Shown piece after piece: positions 46,716-56,866 of a stretch of DNA of 64,000 bases. Origin of the DNA: Faecousia sp. Its GTDB lineage: Bacteria; Bacillota; Clostridia; Oscillospirales; Oscillospiraceae. The stretch covers positions 10,816-74,815 of the forward strand of contig JAZRHG010000052.1 of NCBI GenBank assembly GCA_045644625.1. The letters are read 5' to 3'. The notes under the pieces were generated by a model. The model had not been told where the DNA came from. It was given only the letters and a program-made list of their open reading frames with translations, and made no database searches. A program made the translations under genes and the position numbers. Every line of letters starts with the position of its first letter. The stretch's first letter is position 1.

Positions 46716-47879
46716 TTAAAACTTTCTCCAAACCATTTTGTTCACCACGCCGGTGTAAGACTGGATGAGCTTTACCACCTTGGTGGATACATTCTCTTCT
46801 ACATAGTCCGGCACGGGAATGCCGTTATCCCCTTCCTTGACCATTTCCACAGCGGTATCCACCGCCTGCAGCAGGCTCTTTTCGTCAATGCCCGCCAGCA
46901 CAAAGCAGCCCTTGTCCAATGCTTCGGGGCGCTCGGTGGAGGTGCGGATGCACACTGCCGGGAAGGACTTGCCAATGGATGTAAAGAAGCTGCTTTCCTC
47001 GGGCAATGTGCCGCTGTCAGACACCACCGCAAAAGCGTTCATCTGCAGGCAATTGTAGTCATGGAAACCCAAAGGCTCATGCTGAATGACCCGCTTATCC
47101 AGCTGGAAACCGCTCTTTTCCAGGCGATTCCGGCTGCGGGGATGGCAGGAGTACAAAATGGGCATATCGTACTTTTCAGCCATTTTGTTAATGGCGGCGA
47201 ACAGAGAGGTGAAATTTTTTTCTGTATCGATGTTTTCCTCCCGGTGAGCGGACAGCAGGATGTACTTGCCCTTTTCCAGCCCCAAACGGGTGTGAATATC
47301 CGACGCCTGGATTTTCTCTAAGTTGTTATGCAGCACCTCCGCCATAGGAGAGCCGGTCACATAGGTGCGCTCCTTGGGCAGGCCGTTATCCGCCAAATAC
47401 CGGCGGGCATGCTCGGAGTAGCACATGTTCACATCGGAAATAATGTCCACAATGCGGCGGTTGGTCTCCTCGGGCAGGCACTCATCCTTGCAGCGGTTGC
47501 CTGCCTCCATATGGAAAATAGGAATGTGCAGCCGCTTTGCGCCGATAACGCTGAGGCAAGAGTTGGTATCACCCAAAACCAGCACCGCATCGGGCTGTAC
47601 CTCTACCATAAGCTGGTAGGACTTGGCAATGATATTGCCCATCGTCTCGCCCAGGTCCTTGCCAACTGCCTCCATATAGATGTCCGGGTCTTCAATCTGC
47701 AGATCCTTGAAGAACACGCCGTTCAGGTTATAGTCATAGTTTTGGCCGGTGTGGGCCAGCAAGCAATCAAAATACTTGCGGCACTTATTGATGACAGCCG
47801 CCAGACGGATAATCTCCGGGCGGGTGCCCACAATAATCAGCAGCTTCAGCTTGCCGTTGTTTTTGAAAGAAGCCATCAT
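46716..47879 (-). CDS. fnlC: UDP-sugar 2-epimerase (FnlC/CapG/WbjD) of the UDP-L-FucNAc pathway
   Basis: VGTRPEIIRL, HTGQNYD, GDTNS, EAGNR, SDSGT; follows fnlA/fnlB. Confidence 0.92.
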   Translation of the reverse strand: MMASFKNNGKLKLLIIVGTRPEIIRLAAVINKCRKYFDCLLAHTGQNYDYNLNGVFFKDLQIEDPDIYMEAVGKDLGETMGNIIAKSYQLMVEVQPDAVLVLGDTNSCLSVIGAKRLHIPIFHMEAGNRCKDECLPEETNRRIVDIISDVNMCYSEHARRYLADNGLPKERTYVTGSPMAEVLHNNLEKIQASDIHTRLGLEKGKYILLSAHREENIDTEKNFTSLFAAINKMAEKYDMPILYSCHPRSRNRLEKSGFQLDKRVIQHEPLGFHDYNCLQMNAFAVVSDSGTLPEESSFFTSIGKSFPAVCIRTSTERPEALDKGCFVLAGIDEKSLLQAVDTAVEMVKEGDNGIPVPDYVEENVSTKVVKLIQSYTGVVNKMVWRKF

Positions 47880-49079
47880 TTACTCCTCTACTTTCTCAAA
47901 GAATGTGTCCGGCTTACCCGGGTCAAAGGCTTCATTTGCCCACATAAGGGTGACCAGGTCTTCGCTGTCGGAAAGATTGATAATGTTGTGGGTATAGCCG
48001 GGAAGCATATGTACCGCCTGAATTTTTTCGCCACTGACTTCAAAATTCAGTACTTCATCGGAGCCGATTTTTCGCTGCTGGATCAGCGCCTTGCCCGCAA
48101 CCACGATAAAGAATTCCCACTTTGTATGATGCCAGTGCTGGCCCTTGGTGATGCCGGGCTTAGAGATATTCACGGAGAATTGCCCGCACTTTTCCGTCTT
48201 TAGTAATTCGGTAAAGCTGCCCCGGTCATCACAGTTCATCTTCAAATCGAAGATTGCACTGTCTTTGGGCAGGTAGCTCAGATAAGTGGAGTACAGTTTC
48301 TTTGCAAAGGAATTATTGGGAATTTCCGGCATTTGCAGGGTCTGCGGCTGGGCTTTAAAGCTGTGCAGCAAATCCACAATTTCGCCCAAGGTTACCTTAT
48401 GGGAGATGGGGGCGGCGCAGTAGCGGCCGGTTGACCTCAGGACTGTCTCAATGCCTTCAAACTCGCAGTGATGTTCCTTGCCCTCCAAGGCATCCAGCAT
48501 TTCCTCCACCAAATCGTCGATGTACAGAAGTTCCAGCTGAACACTGGGGTCATTTACTTGAATGGGCAAATCGTTGGCAATATTGTTGCAGAAAGTAGCC
48601 ACAGCGCTGTTATAATTGGGGCGGCACCATTTGCCGAACAGGTTGGGGAAACGGTACACCAGCACCTTGGCGCCGGTTTCTTCCCCGTAAGCGAACATCA
48701 GCTCCTCCCCTGCTTTCTTGCTTCTGCCGTAGTCGCTGTCGTAACGGCCGATACAGGTAGCCTGAATGGAAGAGGATATCATAATCGGGCAAGTATTGCC
48801 GTGCTTTTTCAGTGTATCCAGCAAAAGGCTTGCAAAGCCGAAGTTGCCCTGCATAAACTCTTCCGGATTTTGGGGGCGGTTCACGCCTGCCAGATTGAAA
48901 ACGAAATCCGCCTTCTGACAGAATTCATCCAGCAATGCAGGATCGGTGTCGAGGTCGTACTCGTAGATCTCATCGATCTTAAGGTTGCGGGTGCGGTTTT
49001 TGCCGTCCCGGATAGTCTTGAGGGTCTCCGTCAGGTTTCTTCCAACAAAACCTTTAGCGCCCGTAATTAAAATGTTCAT
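47880..49079 (-). CDS. fnlB: Bifunctional epimerase/reductase with C-terminal cupin (FnlB/CapF/WbjC)
   Basis: ITGAKGFVG, LAGVNR, FGKWCRPNYNS, KGQHWH. Confidence 0.92.
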   Translation of the reverse strand: MNILITGAKGFVGRNLTETLKTIRDGKNRTRNLKIDEIYEYDLDTDPALLDEFCQKADFVFNLAGVNRPQNPEEFMQGNFGFASLLLDTLKKHGNTCPIMISSSIQATCIGRYDSDYGRSKKAGEELMFAYGEETGAKVLVYRFPNLFGKWCRPNYNSAVATFCNNIANDLPIQVNDPSVQLELLYIDDLVEEMLDALEGKEHHCEFEGIETVLRSTGRYCAAPISHKVTLGEIVDLLHSFKAQPQTLQMPEIPNNSFAKKLYSTYLSYLPKDSAIFDLKMNCDDRGSFTELLKTEKCGQFSVNISKPGITKGQHWHHTKWEFFIVVAGKALIQQRKIGSDEVLNFEVSGEKIQAVHMLPGYTHNIINLSDSEDLVTLMWANEAFDPGKPDTFFEKVEE

Positions 49080-49080
49080 A

Positions 49081-50124
49081 TTACTTCTCCATTGCGGCTA
49101 ATTCATCGCGGATGTACTGCAGGCTCAGCAGTTTTTCCTTTACCTGCTCCACGTTCAAAAGCTCCGTGTTGGAGGAATTAAACTCGGTCAGCGGGTTGCG
49201 GTCCACGTTGCCCTCTTTGAAGAACTTGTCGTAGTTAAGGCCCCGCTTATCGCAGGGAACACGGTAGAACTCGCCCATATCCTGGGCATTTGCGCACTCC
49301 TCGTTGGTAAGGAGGGTCTCGTACATCTTCTCACCGTGGCGAATGCCGATGACCTTGATTTCGTGACCGGGGGCAAACAGACCGGTAACTGCCTGTGCCA
49401 GCACTTCGATGGTACAGGCAGGTGCTTTCTGAACCAGAATATCGCCGGATGCGCCGTTTTCAAAGGCAAACAGCACCAGATCCACCGCCTCATCCAGGCT
49501 CATAATGAACCGGGTCATAGAGGGCTCTGTGATGGTGATGGGGTTACCTGCCTTAATCTGCTCAATCCACAGGGGGATGACACTGCCGCGGCTGCACATC
49601 ACATTGCCGTAGCGGGTGCAGCAGATTTTGCTCTTTTCGGGTGCAACCGTACGGCTCTTTGCCACAATGACCTTCTCCATCATAGCCTTGGAAGTACCCA
49701 TAGCATTGACGGGGTAGGCTGCCTTGTCGGTGGAAAGGCAGACGATGTTCTCCACCCCTGCCTCGATGGCAGCGGTGAGTACATTTTCCGTGCCCAGCAC
49801 ATTGGTCTTCACCGCCTCGATGGGGAAGAACTCGCAGGAAGGCACCTGCTTCAGTGCCGCTGCGTGGAAAATGTAGTCCACGCCGTGCATGGCGTTCTTC
49901 ACAGATGCAATATCCCGAACATCGCCGATGTAGAACTTGATTTTCTCCGCCACCTCAGGCATCTTTGCCTGAAACTCGTGGCGCATATCATCCTGTTTCT
50001 TCTCGTCACGGGAGAAAATGCGAATCTCTCCGATGTCGGTCTGCAAAAAGCGGTTCAGCACCGCATTACCAAAGCTACCGGTACCACCGGTGATCATCAA
50101 GGTCTTATCTTTCAATACACTCAT
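49081..50124 (-). CDS. fnlA: UDP-GlcNAc 4,6-dehydratase/5-epimerase (FnlA/CapE/WbjB)
   Basis: ITGGTGSFG, FSRDEKKQ, HAAALKQVPSCE, STDKA, RYGNV.SRGSV. Confidence 0.93.
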   Translation of the reverse strand: MSVLKDKTLMITGGTGSFGNAVLNRFLQTDIGEIRIFSRDEKKQDDMRHEFQAKMPEVAEKIKFYIGDVRDIASVKNAMHGVDYIFHAAALKQVPSCEFFPIEAVKTNVLGTENVLTAAIEAGVENIVCLSTDKAAYPVNAMGTSKAMMEKVIVAKSRTVAPEKSKICCTRYGNVMCSRGSVIPLWIEQIKAGNPITITEPSMTRFIMSLDEAVDLVLFAFENGASGDILVQKAPACTIEVLAQAVTGLFAPGHEIKVIGIRHGEKMYETLLTNEECANAQDMGEFYRVPCDKRGLNYDKFFKEGNVDRNPLTEFNSSNTELLNVEQVKEKLLSLQYIRDELAAMEK

Positions 50125-50175
50125 AAAAACCTCCACATTTTATGCTATTTTATGGAATATCATTATATTTTTTCG

Positions 50176-51717
50176 TTATTTATCTTTACCGCGCTTTCTT
50201 CCTAAGAACCCCAATGCCAGCCGTTTAAGCTGTGCACGGTCCGCACTATTGTTTCCGAACAGATACATCGATAGCACATAAACCGCAGTATAAGCTGAAA
50301 TCTTTATCAGCAGAACCAACCAGGAATCATCTTGTAATACATAATTTATCAAAACACCGGCGGCAATTGGAACAGGAAGGCCGGCAATCAGCCGCATAAT
50401 TTCTTTCCAAAAGCTACGAATATCTAGCCCAATATAGCAGGCATAATAAACATTCATAAATACCACATTGCAAACAAGCACAGCTATTACAGTGCCCACT
50501 GCCGCACCGGTAGCTCCATATCGTTTAATCAACGGAATACTGATGACTATGTTGAGCAACGCCATGATAGCATATGCCACCGACCTAATGCGGTGTTTGT
50601 TTTTTGCTCGCTGGATCTCCACGCCCAAATTCTGCATATATGGGACCAATAGGACTGCCATAGTCATAAGTGCAATGTAATAGGATTCATTATATCCTGG
50701 ACCTGCCCAAAGATATATGAAGGATTTTCCAAAAAACAAAAAACCAGTAAAAACCAGAAATAGAATCATTGCCTGCATCCGCCCTACCTTGGTAAACAGA
50801 ATGTCCATTTCCTTATTCTCTTCCGTTCGGGATGCAATTTCATTCACCTGGGGAATAAACACATTGGATACTGATGTAGAAAACAGGCTGAAATAGTTTC
50901 GGATCTGCCCGCCTATGCTGTACACCGCAACCACCGCTGTGCCATAGTAGCGACCAAGAAGGAACTTGTCCACATTCCAGTTAACCTGATTTACAATCTG
51001 GTTCAGGAAAATAAAGAAAGTAAATCCCCAAATCTCCTTGAGTTTTGTAAACCTCAAACCTTTGAAGATGAATTTCATCTTAAGCCTGGACAGGCAAAAA
51101 CCAATGTTAGAAACAAACGCAATTACCGTCAATGTAGTGGAAACAGTAACCAAACCAACAGAGCCAAACCCCAGCAACAGCAATGGTACACAAATAAAAG
51201 GGTTTACTAAACGCTGCAGGAGTGTAACCAGACGCTGGAATACGAATTGTCTATTCGCAGTAATATGGCTAGTAAATAGGCTATTGGGAAAGGTCAACGA
51301 CATAGACAAAATTGCCAACCCCAACAAAACCCTAGATTTCTCCAATTCTGTTGCAGTTAGTTTGTTGCCGAAAACAAGTTCCGCATTCAACACCATGAAA
51401 GCGCCGCACAAAAGGCAGATAGCTGACATAACGCCGAACACAACGGCAAACATGCTATTCAATTTAGCCACTTCCGGTTCACCCTCTCGTTTCGCCTTCG
51501 CATAATACCGTTGGTAGGAACTACTGAAACCCAAACCAATCAAACTTAGATACGAAACAACAGAATACACCAGTTGATAAAGTCCGTATTCGCTTTGCCC
51601 CAACAGGCTCAGCATAATCGGCGTATAGATCAGACCGGATAGAATTTCTACCGCTTCTGTGGCATAAGACAGAATGACACCCAGCCGCAACTGCCACCCT
51701 TCACTAATTTTCCTCAA
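50176..51717 (-). CDS. wzx: Wzx-type oligosaccharide flippase
   Basis: About 14 TMs, LGQSEYG, DK.LLG, G..GAA.GT pattern; position in the polysaccharide locus. Confidence 0.88.
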   Translation of the reverse strand: MRKISEGWQLRLGVILSYATEAVEILSGLIYTPIMLSLLGQSEYGLYQLVYSVVSYLSLIGLGFSSSYQRYYAKAKREGEPEVAKLNSMFAVVFGVMSAICLLCGAFMVLNAELVFGNKLTATELEKSRVLLGLAILSMSLTFPNSLFTSHITANRQFVFQRLVTLLQRLVNPFICVPLLLLGFGSVGLVTVSTTLTVIAFVSNIGFCLSRLKMKFIFKGLRFTKLKEIWGFTFFIFLNQIVNQVNWNVDKFLLGRYYGTAVVAVYSIGGQIRNYFSLFSTSVSNVFIPQVNEIASRTEENKEMDILFTKVGRMQAMILFLVFTGFLFFGKSFIYLWAGPGYNESYYIALMTMAVLLVPYMQNLGVEIQRAKNKHRIRSVAYAIMALLNIVISIPLIKRYGATGAAVGTVIAVLVCNVVFMNVYYACYIGLDIRSFWKEIMRLIAGLPVPIAAGVLINYVLQDDSWLVLLIKISAYTAVYVLSMYLFGNNSADRAQLKRLALGFLGRKRGKDK

Positions 51718-51743
51718 GAGGATTCCTCCCCCACTTTCTAATA

Positions 51744-52586
51744 TTAAAAATACCGCTTGAATGCGCCATATAACTCTTTTTTCTTCTGCTCTACCATCGC
51801 AGGTAGGACTGCGTAGCTGTCATAAATATCGCAAAGGCCCGCGAAAACCGTCTCTCGGAGATCCAGCGGTGCCGACTGAAGATTAAACGACGAATAGTAA
51901 TCTGCAAACTTAAAGCCATCTCCAGCTAACCGATCTGTCAGGATCACCTGTCTATTGGGAATATGAAAGCTATCGGCAATAATCAACCCATGAAGACTGC
52001 TGGACAGGACACACTCGCACTGTGCAATCAACTCCAGCCTCTCCATTACATCACCACGCACATCAATCAAGACAGAATTCTTATTCTGTTCATGAAGCTG
52101 TTGGTATGCGGAATGCCCTCGCTCTCTGTCGTGAGGAATAATCCCCAGAGCGTATTTCTTTTCCACCGGTTTTTCCAGCAGTTCTGCCGCTAGTAACCCA
52201 GCATCACCCGTAACACAGCCATCACAGTCCGATTTGAGAATTCTTTTAACATATTCCAAAGACTTCGTCCCTCGAACTGCCGCAGGCACAATGTTGGCCC
52301 TAAGTTTCTTTTCTTTGCCTGTAGGTGTTTTGATGAAGCCGGAGGACCATAGAATCAAACGTTTCTGATTTATGTGCCGCATGATATCCCGCTTCACTCT
52401 ACCTCTCAGTCGGTACTGGTCCGCATCATATAAAAACCTGCCTAATCCAGATCCGATTCCGCTGACCTGACAACGATTTACATCAGCATGAATTGGGTTA
52501 TAACCTAAGACACGCTCCACAATATATGGATTTATGGCATCACCAATGTTGTCCCGAATCGAGTAATGGATTTTTACATCTTTCAT
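51744..52586 (-). CDS. Polysaccharide pyruvyl transferase
   Basis: NIGD, AVRG, GD.GLL, GIIPH, SSSLHG.I.ADS, FKF.DYY. Confidence 0.85.
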   Translation of the reverse strand: MKDVKIHYSIRDNIGDAINPYIVERVLGYNPIHADVNRCQVSGIGSGLGRFLYDADQYRLRGRVKRDIMRHINQKRLILWSSGFIKTPTGKEKKLRANIVPAAVRGTKSLEYVKRILKSDCDGCVTGDAGLLAAELLEKPVEKKYALGIIPHDRERGHSAYQQLHEQNKNSVLIDVRGDVMERLELIAQCECVLSSSLHGLIIADSFHIPNRQVILTDRLAGDGFKFADYYSSFNLQSAPLDLRETVFAGLCDIYDSYAVLPAMVEQKKKELYGAFKRYF

Positions 52587-52625
52587 TACTAACTCCCATC
52601 CTTTGGGGTTCTTTTCCCCCATTGT

Positions 52626-53300
52626 TCAAACAATTTCACAAATTGACCGATAAATATCGTTTATATTTTTATTCAAGGTATCCGTTCCATCTTCCATAGT
52701 AATCTTCTTCAAAATAAAGAAGTGCTTCGCTACTATATCTATGTTCTGTTGTTTTCGATGTAACGCCTGACAAAGCGTTTCATCATCCTTAATAGAAGTA
52801 AACCGATCGCCCCGATTTCTTGTGCGAAGCCGCCTAATCGTCAGCATTTCATCTCCTGTGCAACACACCACCTGAATGTAATGCCGGGCGTTCAGGTAAG
52901 TTGTTATCTCGCTAAGCGTATCATTGTCCCGGATTGGTTGCAGATGCGGGATTGAGGTGAGTGTCTGCACAAACCCCTCATCCAATACCACAACGCTCTT
53001 AGGTGCTATACATTGGAACACTTTCGGCATCCCATAGAGTGCCATAAGTACGTACATTGCTTGAGATGATACATCATTATATTCTCCCGCATATGCCTTT
53101 AACAACCGCCGAAAACGCCGACAAGATGAACTCATGTGCAATAATATGTCATAAAGTCTTTTCCTCCTAGGAGTAGATACCATACGCACAATCTCCTGGT
53201 AAGTATAAACTTTATAATTCTTCCGAAGCTTTTCTATCACGCCGCTACAAAGGGTGGATTTTCCGCAGCCCGGCAATCCAGCAAATTCTATAATTTTCAT
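52626..53300 (-). CDS. P-loop kinase (NMP/dNMP-kinase-like) in the capsule locus
   Basis: IEFAGLPGCGKST, LDEG, RL..R.R lid; ATG overlaps the upstream stop. Confidence 0.75.
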   Translation of the reverse strand: MKIIEFAGLPGCGKSTLCSGVIEKLRKNYKVYTYQEIVRMVSTPRRKRLYDILLHMSSSCRRFRRLLKAYAGEYNDVSSQAMYVLMALYGMPKVFQCIAPKSVVVLDEGFVQTLTSIPHLQPIRDNDTLSEITTYLNARHYIQVVCCTGDEMLTIRRLRTRNRGDRFTSIKDDETLCQALHRKQQNIDIVAKHFFILKKITMEDGTDTLNKNINDIYRSICEIV

Positions 53301-54202
53301 TTTTTTCCTAAAATCACATGCTTGATATATGCTTTTATGCATACCCACAAACTCTTATCAAATTTCTTCTTATATTTCCGCAAAATCGTTGGATCCGTAT
53401 CCAAATGTTCAAATCGACATATAAGATTTTCGTGTAGTTCAATATTAAAGTTATGTGTCTTTCCACTATGCGTACCAGAACCATCTAAACCGATATTGCG
53501 AACACGCGACCACTTTGGAAAAACCGTATATAATCCAAGTTTGCTCTGTTGATGGCACCAGCGAACAGCCCAAGAGCTAATGTGCCCATGCATCTGCAGA
53601 TCCAACATTGCTGGCAAATCATTTCCGGAAATCGCCAATTTTTTACGTGCAAAAGGATTAATCTTAAACCATTTGTAATCCTTTACATCCCAATCCACCA
53701 AATCCCAACGATCCTTCCATGTTGCCCAACCCCAGCTACATCCTCGATATCCCATATAGATATCATGGTTATAATCTAACTCCTCAGGTTTGAAAAAACT
53801 ATATCCACTAATGGACCAAATTTTCTTGTTGTCCCGGTAAAATGCTAACGCTGCATTCATATACTGCAGGAAATCCTTTGCTGTTATTAAATCATCTTCG
53901 ACAACAATTGCCATCCCATATTGGTTCATTATCTTGGTCACTCCACGAATAACCGATTTTGCCAAACCGGAATTCTCTTCTGCAATGGTTAAGTGTACCT
54001 TCTTGAACGCACTGTTCTCCAAAAATTGATTGACCACTTGATGAACCTTCTCTACATCCGCTCGGTCACCCTCCTTCTTAGGACCGTCGCAAAAAATATA
54101 CAGCTCACTTTCCTCCGCAAGCTCATTTTTGTTTAGTGCGTCTAACACTTTCTTCGTATGCTCATATCTCTTATATGTAAACAAGACTACAGGTGCTAAC
54201 AT
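53297..54202 (-). CDS. GT2-like glycosyltransferase
   Basis: APVVLFTY.R, DG, N.GLA.S, VEDD, WGWATW. Confidence 0.88.
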   Translation of the reverse strand: MLAPVVLFTYKRYEHTKKVLDALNKNELAEESELYIFCDGPKKEGDRADVEKVHQVVNQFLENSAFKKVHLTIAEENSGLAKSVIRGVTKIMNQYGMAIVVEDDLITAKDFLQYMNAALAFYRDNKKIWSISGYSFFKPEELDYNHDIYMGYRGCSWGWATWKDRWDLVDWDVKDYKWFKINPFARKKLAISGNDLPAMLDLQMHGHISSWAVRWCHQQSKLGLYTVFPKWSRVRNIGLDGSGTHSGKTHNFNIELHENLICRFEHLDTDPTILRKYKKKFDKSLWVCIKAYIKHVILGKK

Positions 54203-54238
54203 AATGCCCTCCATTTCTTTGCGAGCAATCATCACAAA

Positions 54239-55507
54239 TTATCTTTTAATCCCAATTACTTTACGCAAGATATCTCCCATTTTCTCATAATCTGTCTGGT
54301 CTTTCGGCCTTTGCATAGATGCCTTTGCCGCGGCAGACAGTTTTTGTGTTAGCGCATCGTCTTCAAATAAACAGATGATTTTCTGCGCCAGGACTTCATA
54401 ATCCTCGAAGCGGTACAAAAGACAGTTCTCTCCATCTACCGCATACTGCGATACGCCGCCCACAAAGGATGCCACACTGGGAACGCCCACCATCATAGCC
54501 TCTTTTAAGGTGCTGGAGTGGTTTTCGATAGCAGAAGACATAACAAAGCAGTTGGATTTTGCCATTCTTTGTGCCATCTCATCGGCAGTGAGTCTGCCGG
54601 TATAAATCAAGTTGTCCTGCAGACCATATTCCCGGATCATTGTCTTAATCAATCGGGCATAGCCGGTCTGCTTCAGCTTCGCTTTTATAGAATCGGTGGG
54701 CTTCAGCGGTGTGCCGGGAATATACAGCTTCACACCCGGGTAACATTCTTTCACAATTGCCATAGCTTTGATTAGCATATGCAGACCCTTAATGGGGTAA
54801 TCTGCCGCAGGGCACATAACCGTATGTTTTTCCATTGTTTCCCCATTCCAGGTGTGATTGCGGAAACTTTCGGAAATGCTGATGGGCAGGGAGTGCTCAC
54901 GGACATTGGGACACAGCTTGCGTAAATAGGCTGCTGCCCACCGGTTTTCGATAATTACGTGTCCGGCTTTCCTGACAATCTCTTTTTCATATTCCGCCCG
55001 CGTGGAAAAACCTTTTTGGGTCTGGCGAATGGTAGTGCCGGTCAGCAAATCCCGCAATGTTCTTGCCCTCTTCAGCTCCTGCTGTGTCAAACCGGACAAA
55101 TAGTACTTGCCAATGCTGTCCAAAATCCCCTGAACATAGATTACTGCAGGCATATGGGGAGCCGCTTCCATTGCTGCCAATGAGTAAGGAAATTCTGTGC
55201 CCCAGATCACCATAATATCCGGTTTCTCTTTGTCCATAATTTGCTTCCAGGCGGAAACTGTTTTGGGGTTTTTATAGTCATAGGATGCATTGGATTCACC
55301 GGGCAAAGTATAGTAGGTCACTTGACCGTCTTCATAGCAGAAAAGCGCCGGTTTCTTTTCGATATTCACCACCACGATGCGATCCTCAGGAATTTGTGCA
55401 GCTTCTTCCAGCATAGCATCCAGCCATTGACCGCCAGTTGCCTTCTTTCCGTGGAGCTTTTGATGCAAGCCACCACACTGCTTATTTACAATCCAAAGAG
55501 CTTTCAT
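54239..55507 (-). CDS. GT4 glycosyltransferase
   Basis: KGL, S.IEN.S..L.EAM..GVP (E-x7-E). Confidence 0.88.
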   Translation of the reverse strand: MKALWIVNKQCGGLHQKLHGKKATGGQWLDAMLEEAAQIPEDRIVVVNIEKKPALFCYEDGQVTYYTLPGESNASYDYKNPKTVSAWKQIMDKEKPDIMVIWGTEFPYSLAAMEAAPHMPAVIYVQGILDSIGKYYLSGLTQQELKRARTLRDLLTGTTIRQTQKGFSTRAEYEKEIVRKAGHVIIENRWAAAYLRKLCPNVREHSLPISISESFRNHTWNGETMEKHTVMCPAADYPIKGLHMLIKAMAIVKECYPGVKLYIPGTPLKPTDSIKAKLKQTGYARLIKTMIREYGLQDNLIYTGRLTADEMAQRMAKSNCFVMSSAIENHSSTLKEAMMVGVPSVASFVGGVSQYAVDGENCLLYRFEDYEVLAQKIICLFEDDALTQKLSAAAKASMQRPKDQTDYEKMGDILRKVIGIKR

Positions 55508-55592
55508 AGGATTTCATTCTCCTTTCATCGGTTATACGTCTATTGCTAAACGGCAACCGGTGATGTTTCTAATAATTGAAAAAATACTGATT

Positions 55593-56849
55593 TCACTCTT
55601 GAAATACCTTTTTGTATATTTCCATAACTCTGGCAAGGTTAACCTTGGGATCGTGGGTCTTTAATGCGTGTAGCGACGCCTTTTTGCCCATCTCAGAAGA
55701 AATTTCCTCTTCTTCGAAGACTTTGCAAACATAGTGTGCCAGCATTTCCGGCGCATCTGCCCGATAAAGATATCCCTCTTCTTTGTCTTTCAGAAGGTCC
55801 ATAGTGCCTCCCACAAAAGAAGCTACCGTAGGCACACCTAACAGCATCGCCTCACCCACGGAGTTGGGTGAGTTTTCTATACTGGATGCAGAAACAAACA
55901 CATTGGATTTCAAAAAACGCTGACACATTTCTTCTGCGTTTAATTTCCCTAAGAAGTACACATATTTCTGCAAGTTATATTTTTTGATCAATAGCTTCAG
56001 CCACTTTTGATACCCATTGATGCGATAAAAGGGTTGCTGAAAGGGATCCAAGCCGGTTACATATAATTTGGTTTCCGGATAGCGGCGTATGATTTCCGGC
56101 ATTGCCTCTAACATCAAATGAAAGCCCTTGAGAGGATAATTCGCCTGACTCACAAAAATGCTATGCCTTTCACAATTTCTTGCATCCCAAGTCCCTGCTT
56201 TTTCGTAAAATACTTCCCGCAAAGTTTCATTGCAACTATAGTACCTACAATCTGGTGCATTTCTTTTTACAAATGCTTTATCGCACTGGGTTCTTCCAAT
56301 TGCAAAATCCGCTTTTTTCAAAAGCTCTTTTTCATAGATCGCGCGTTTTTCAAATTTTTTCTGTTGCTGGAAAATCCGATCATTTTTCAAAAAATCACGA
56401 AGCGTGTTCGTATACACTGCACGTTTGGGAAGAAAAGCAAAATAGTACTTGGCGATTAGTTCGCACATACCTTGAATGCTGACAATGGTCTTCTCCGGGC
56501 AATGAAACGCCTTCGCCATTGCCAGCGCATTGGGAAATTCTGAGCCCCAAATGTGTACGAAATCCGGGTCCCAGTTTGCCAAGACCTTTCTTAACCAAGT
56601 TTCTGTTTCCTCATCATAAACATGCAGCCCTTTTTTAAATGGAAAACCGTAATATGTAAATCCATTTACTTCGCCTGTCAAAATGTCGTTTTGCTTCTTT
56701 TGTGGAAAGCAAATTGCCAGCTCCACATTCTCCATACTTGCAAGTTCCTTCGCTGCGCCAGTCAGCCACCCACCACCGGCAGGAGAAGGAAGCCCAAGTT
56801 CCTTTGCAATCAAGGGCAATGTGATGTTGCAAAACCACAAAATTCGCAT
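55593..56849 (-). CDS. GT4 glycosyltransferase
   Basis: YPLKG, SSIENSPNSVGEAM..GVP. Confidence 0.88.
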   Translation of the reverse strand: MRILWFCNITLPLIAKELGLPSPAGGGWLTGAAKELASMENVELAICFPQKKQNDILTGEVNGFTYYGFPFKKGLHVYDEETETWLRKVLANWDPDFVHIWGSEFPNALAMAKAFHCPEKTIVSIQGMCELIAKYYFAFLPKRAVYTNTLRDFLKNDRIFQQQKKFEKRAIYEKELLKKADFAIGRTQCDKAFVKRNAPDCRYYSCNETLREVFYEKAGTWDARNCERHSIFVSQANYPLKGFHLMLEAMPEIIRRYPETKLYVTGLDPFQQPFYRINGYQKWLKLLIKKYNLQKYVYFLGKLNAEEMCQRFLKSNVFVSASSIENSPNSVGEAMLLGVPTVASFVGGTMDLLKDKEEGYLYRADAPEMLAHYVCKVFEEEEISSEMGKKASLHALKTHDPKVNLARVMEIYKKVFQE

Positions 56850-56866
56850 AATACAACCTCTCCTAA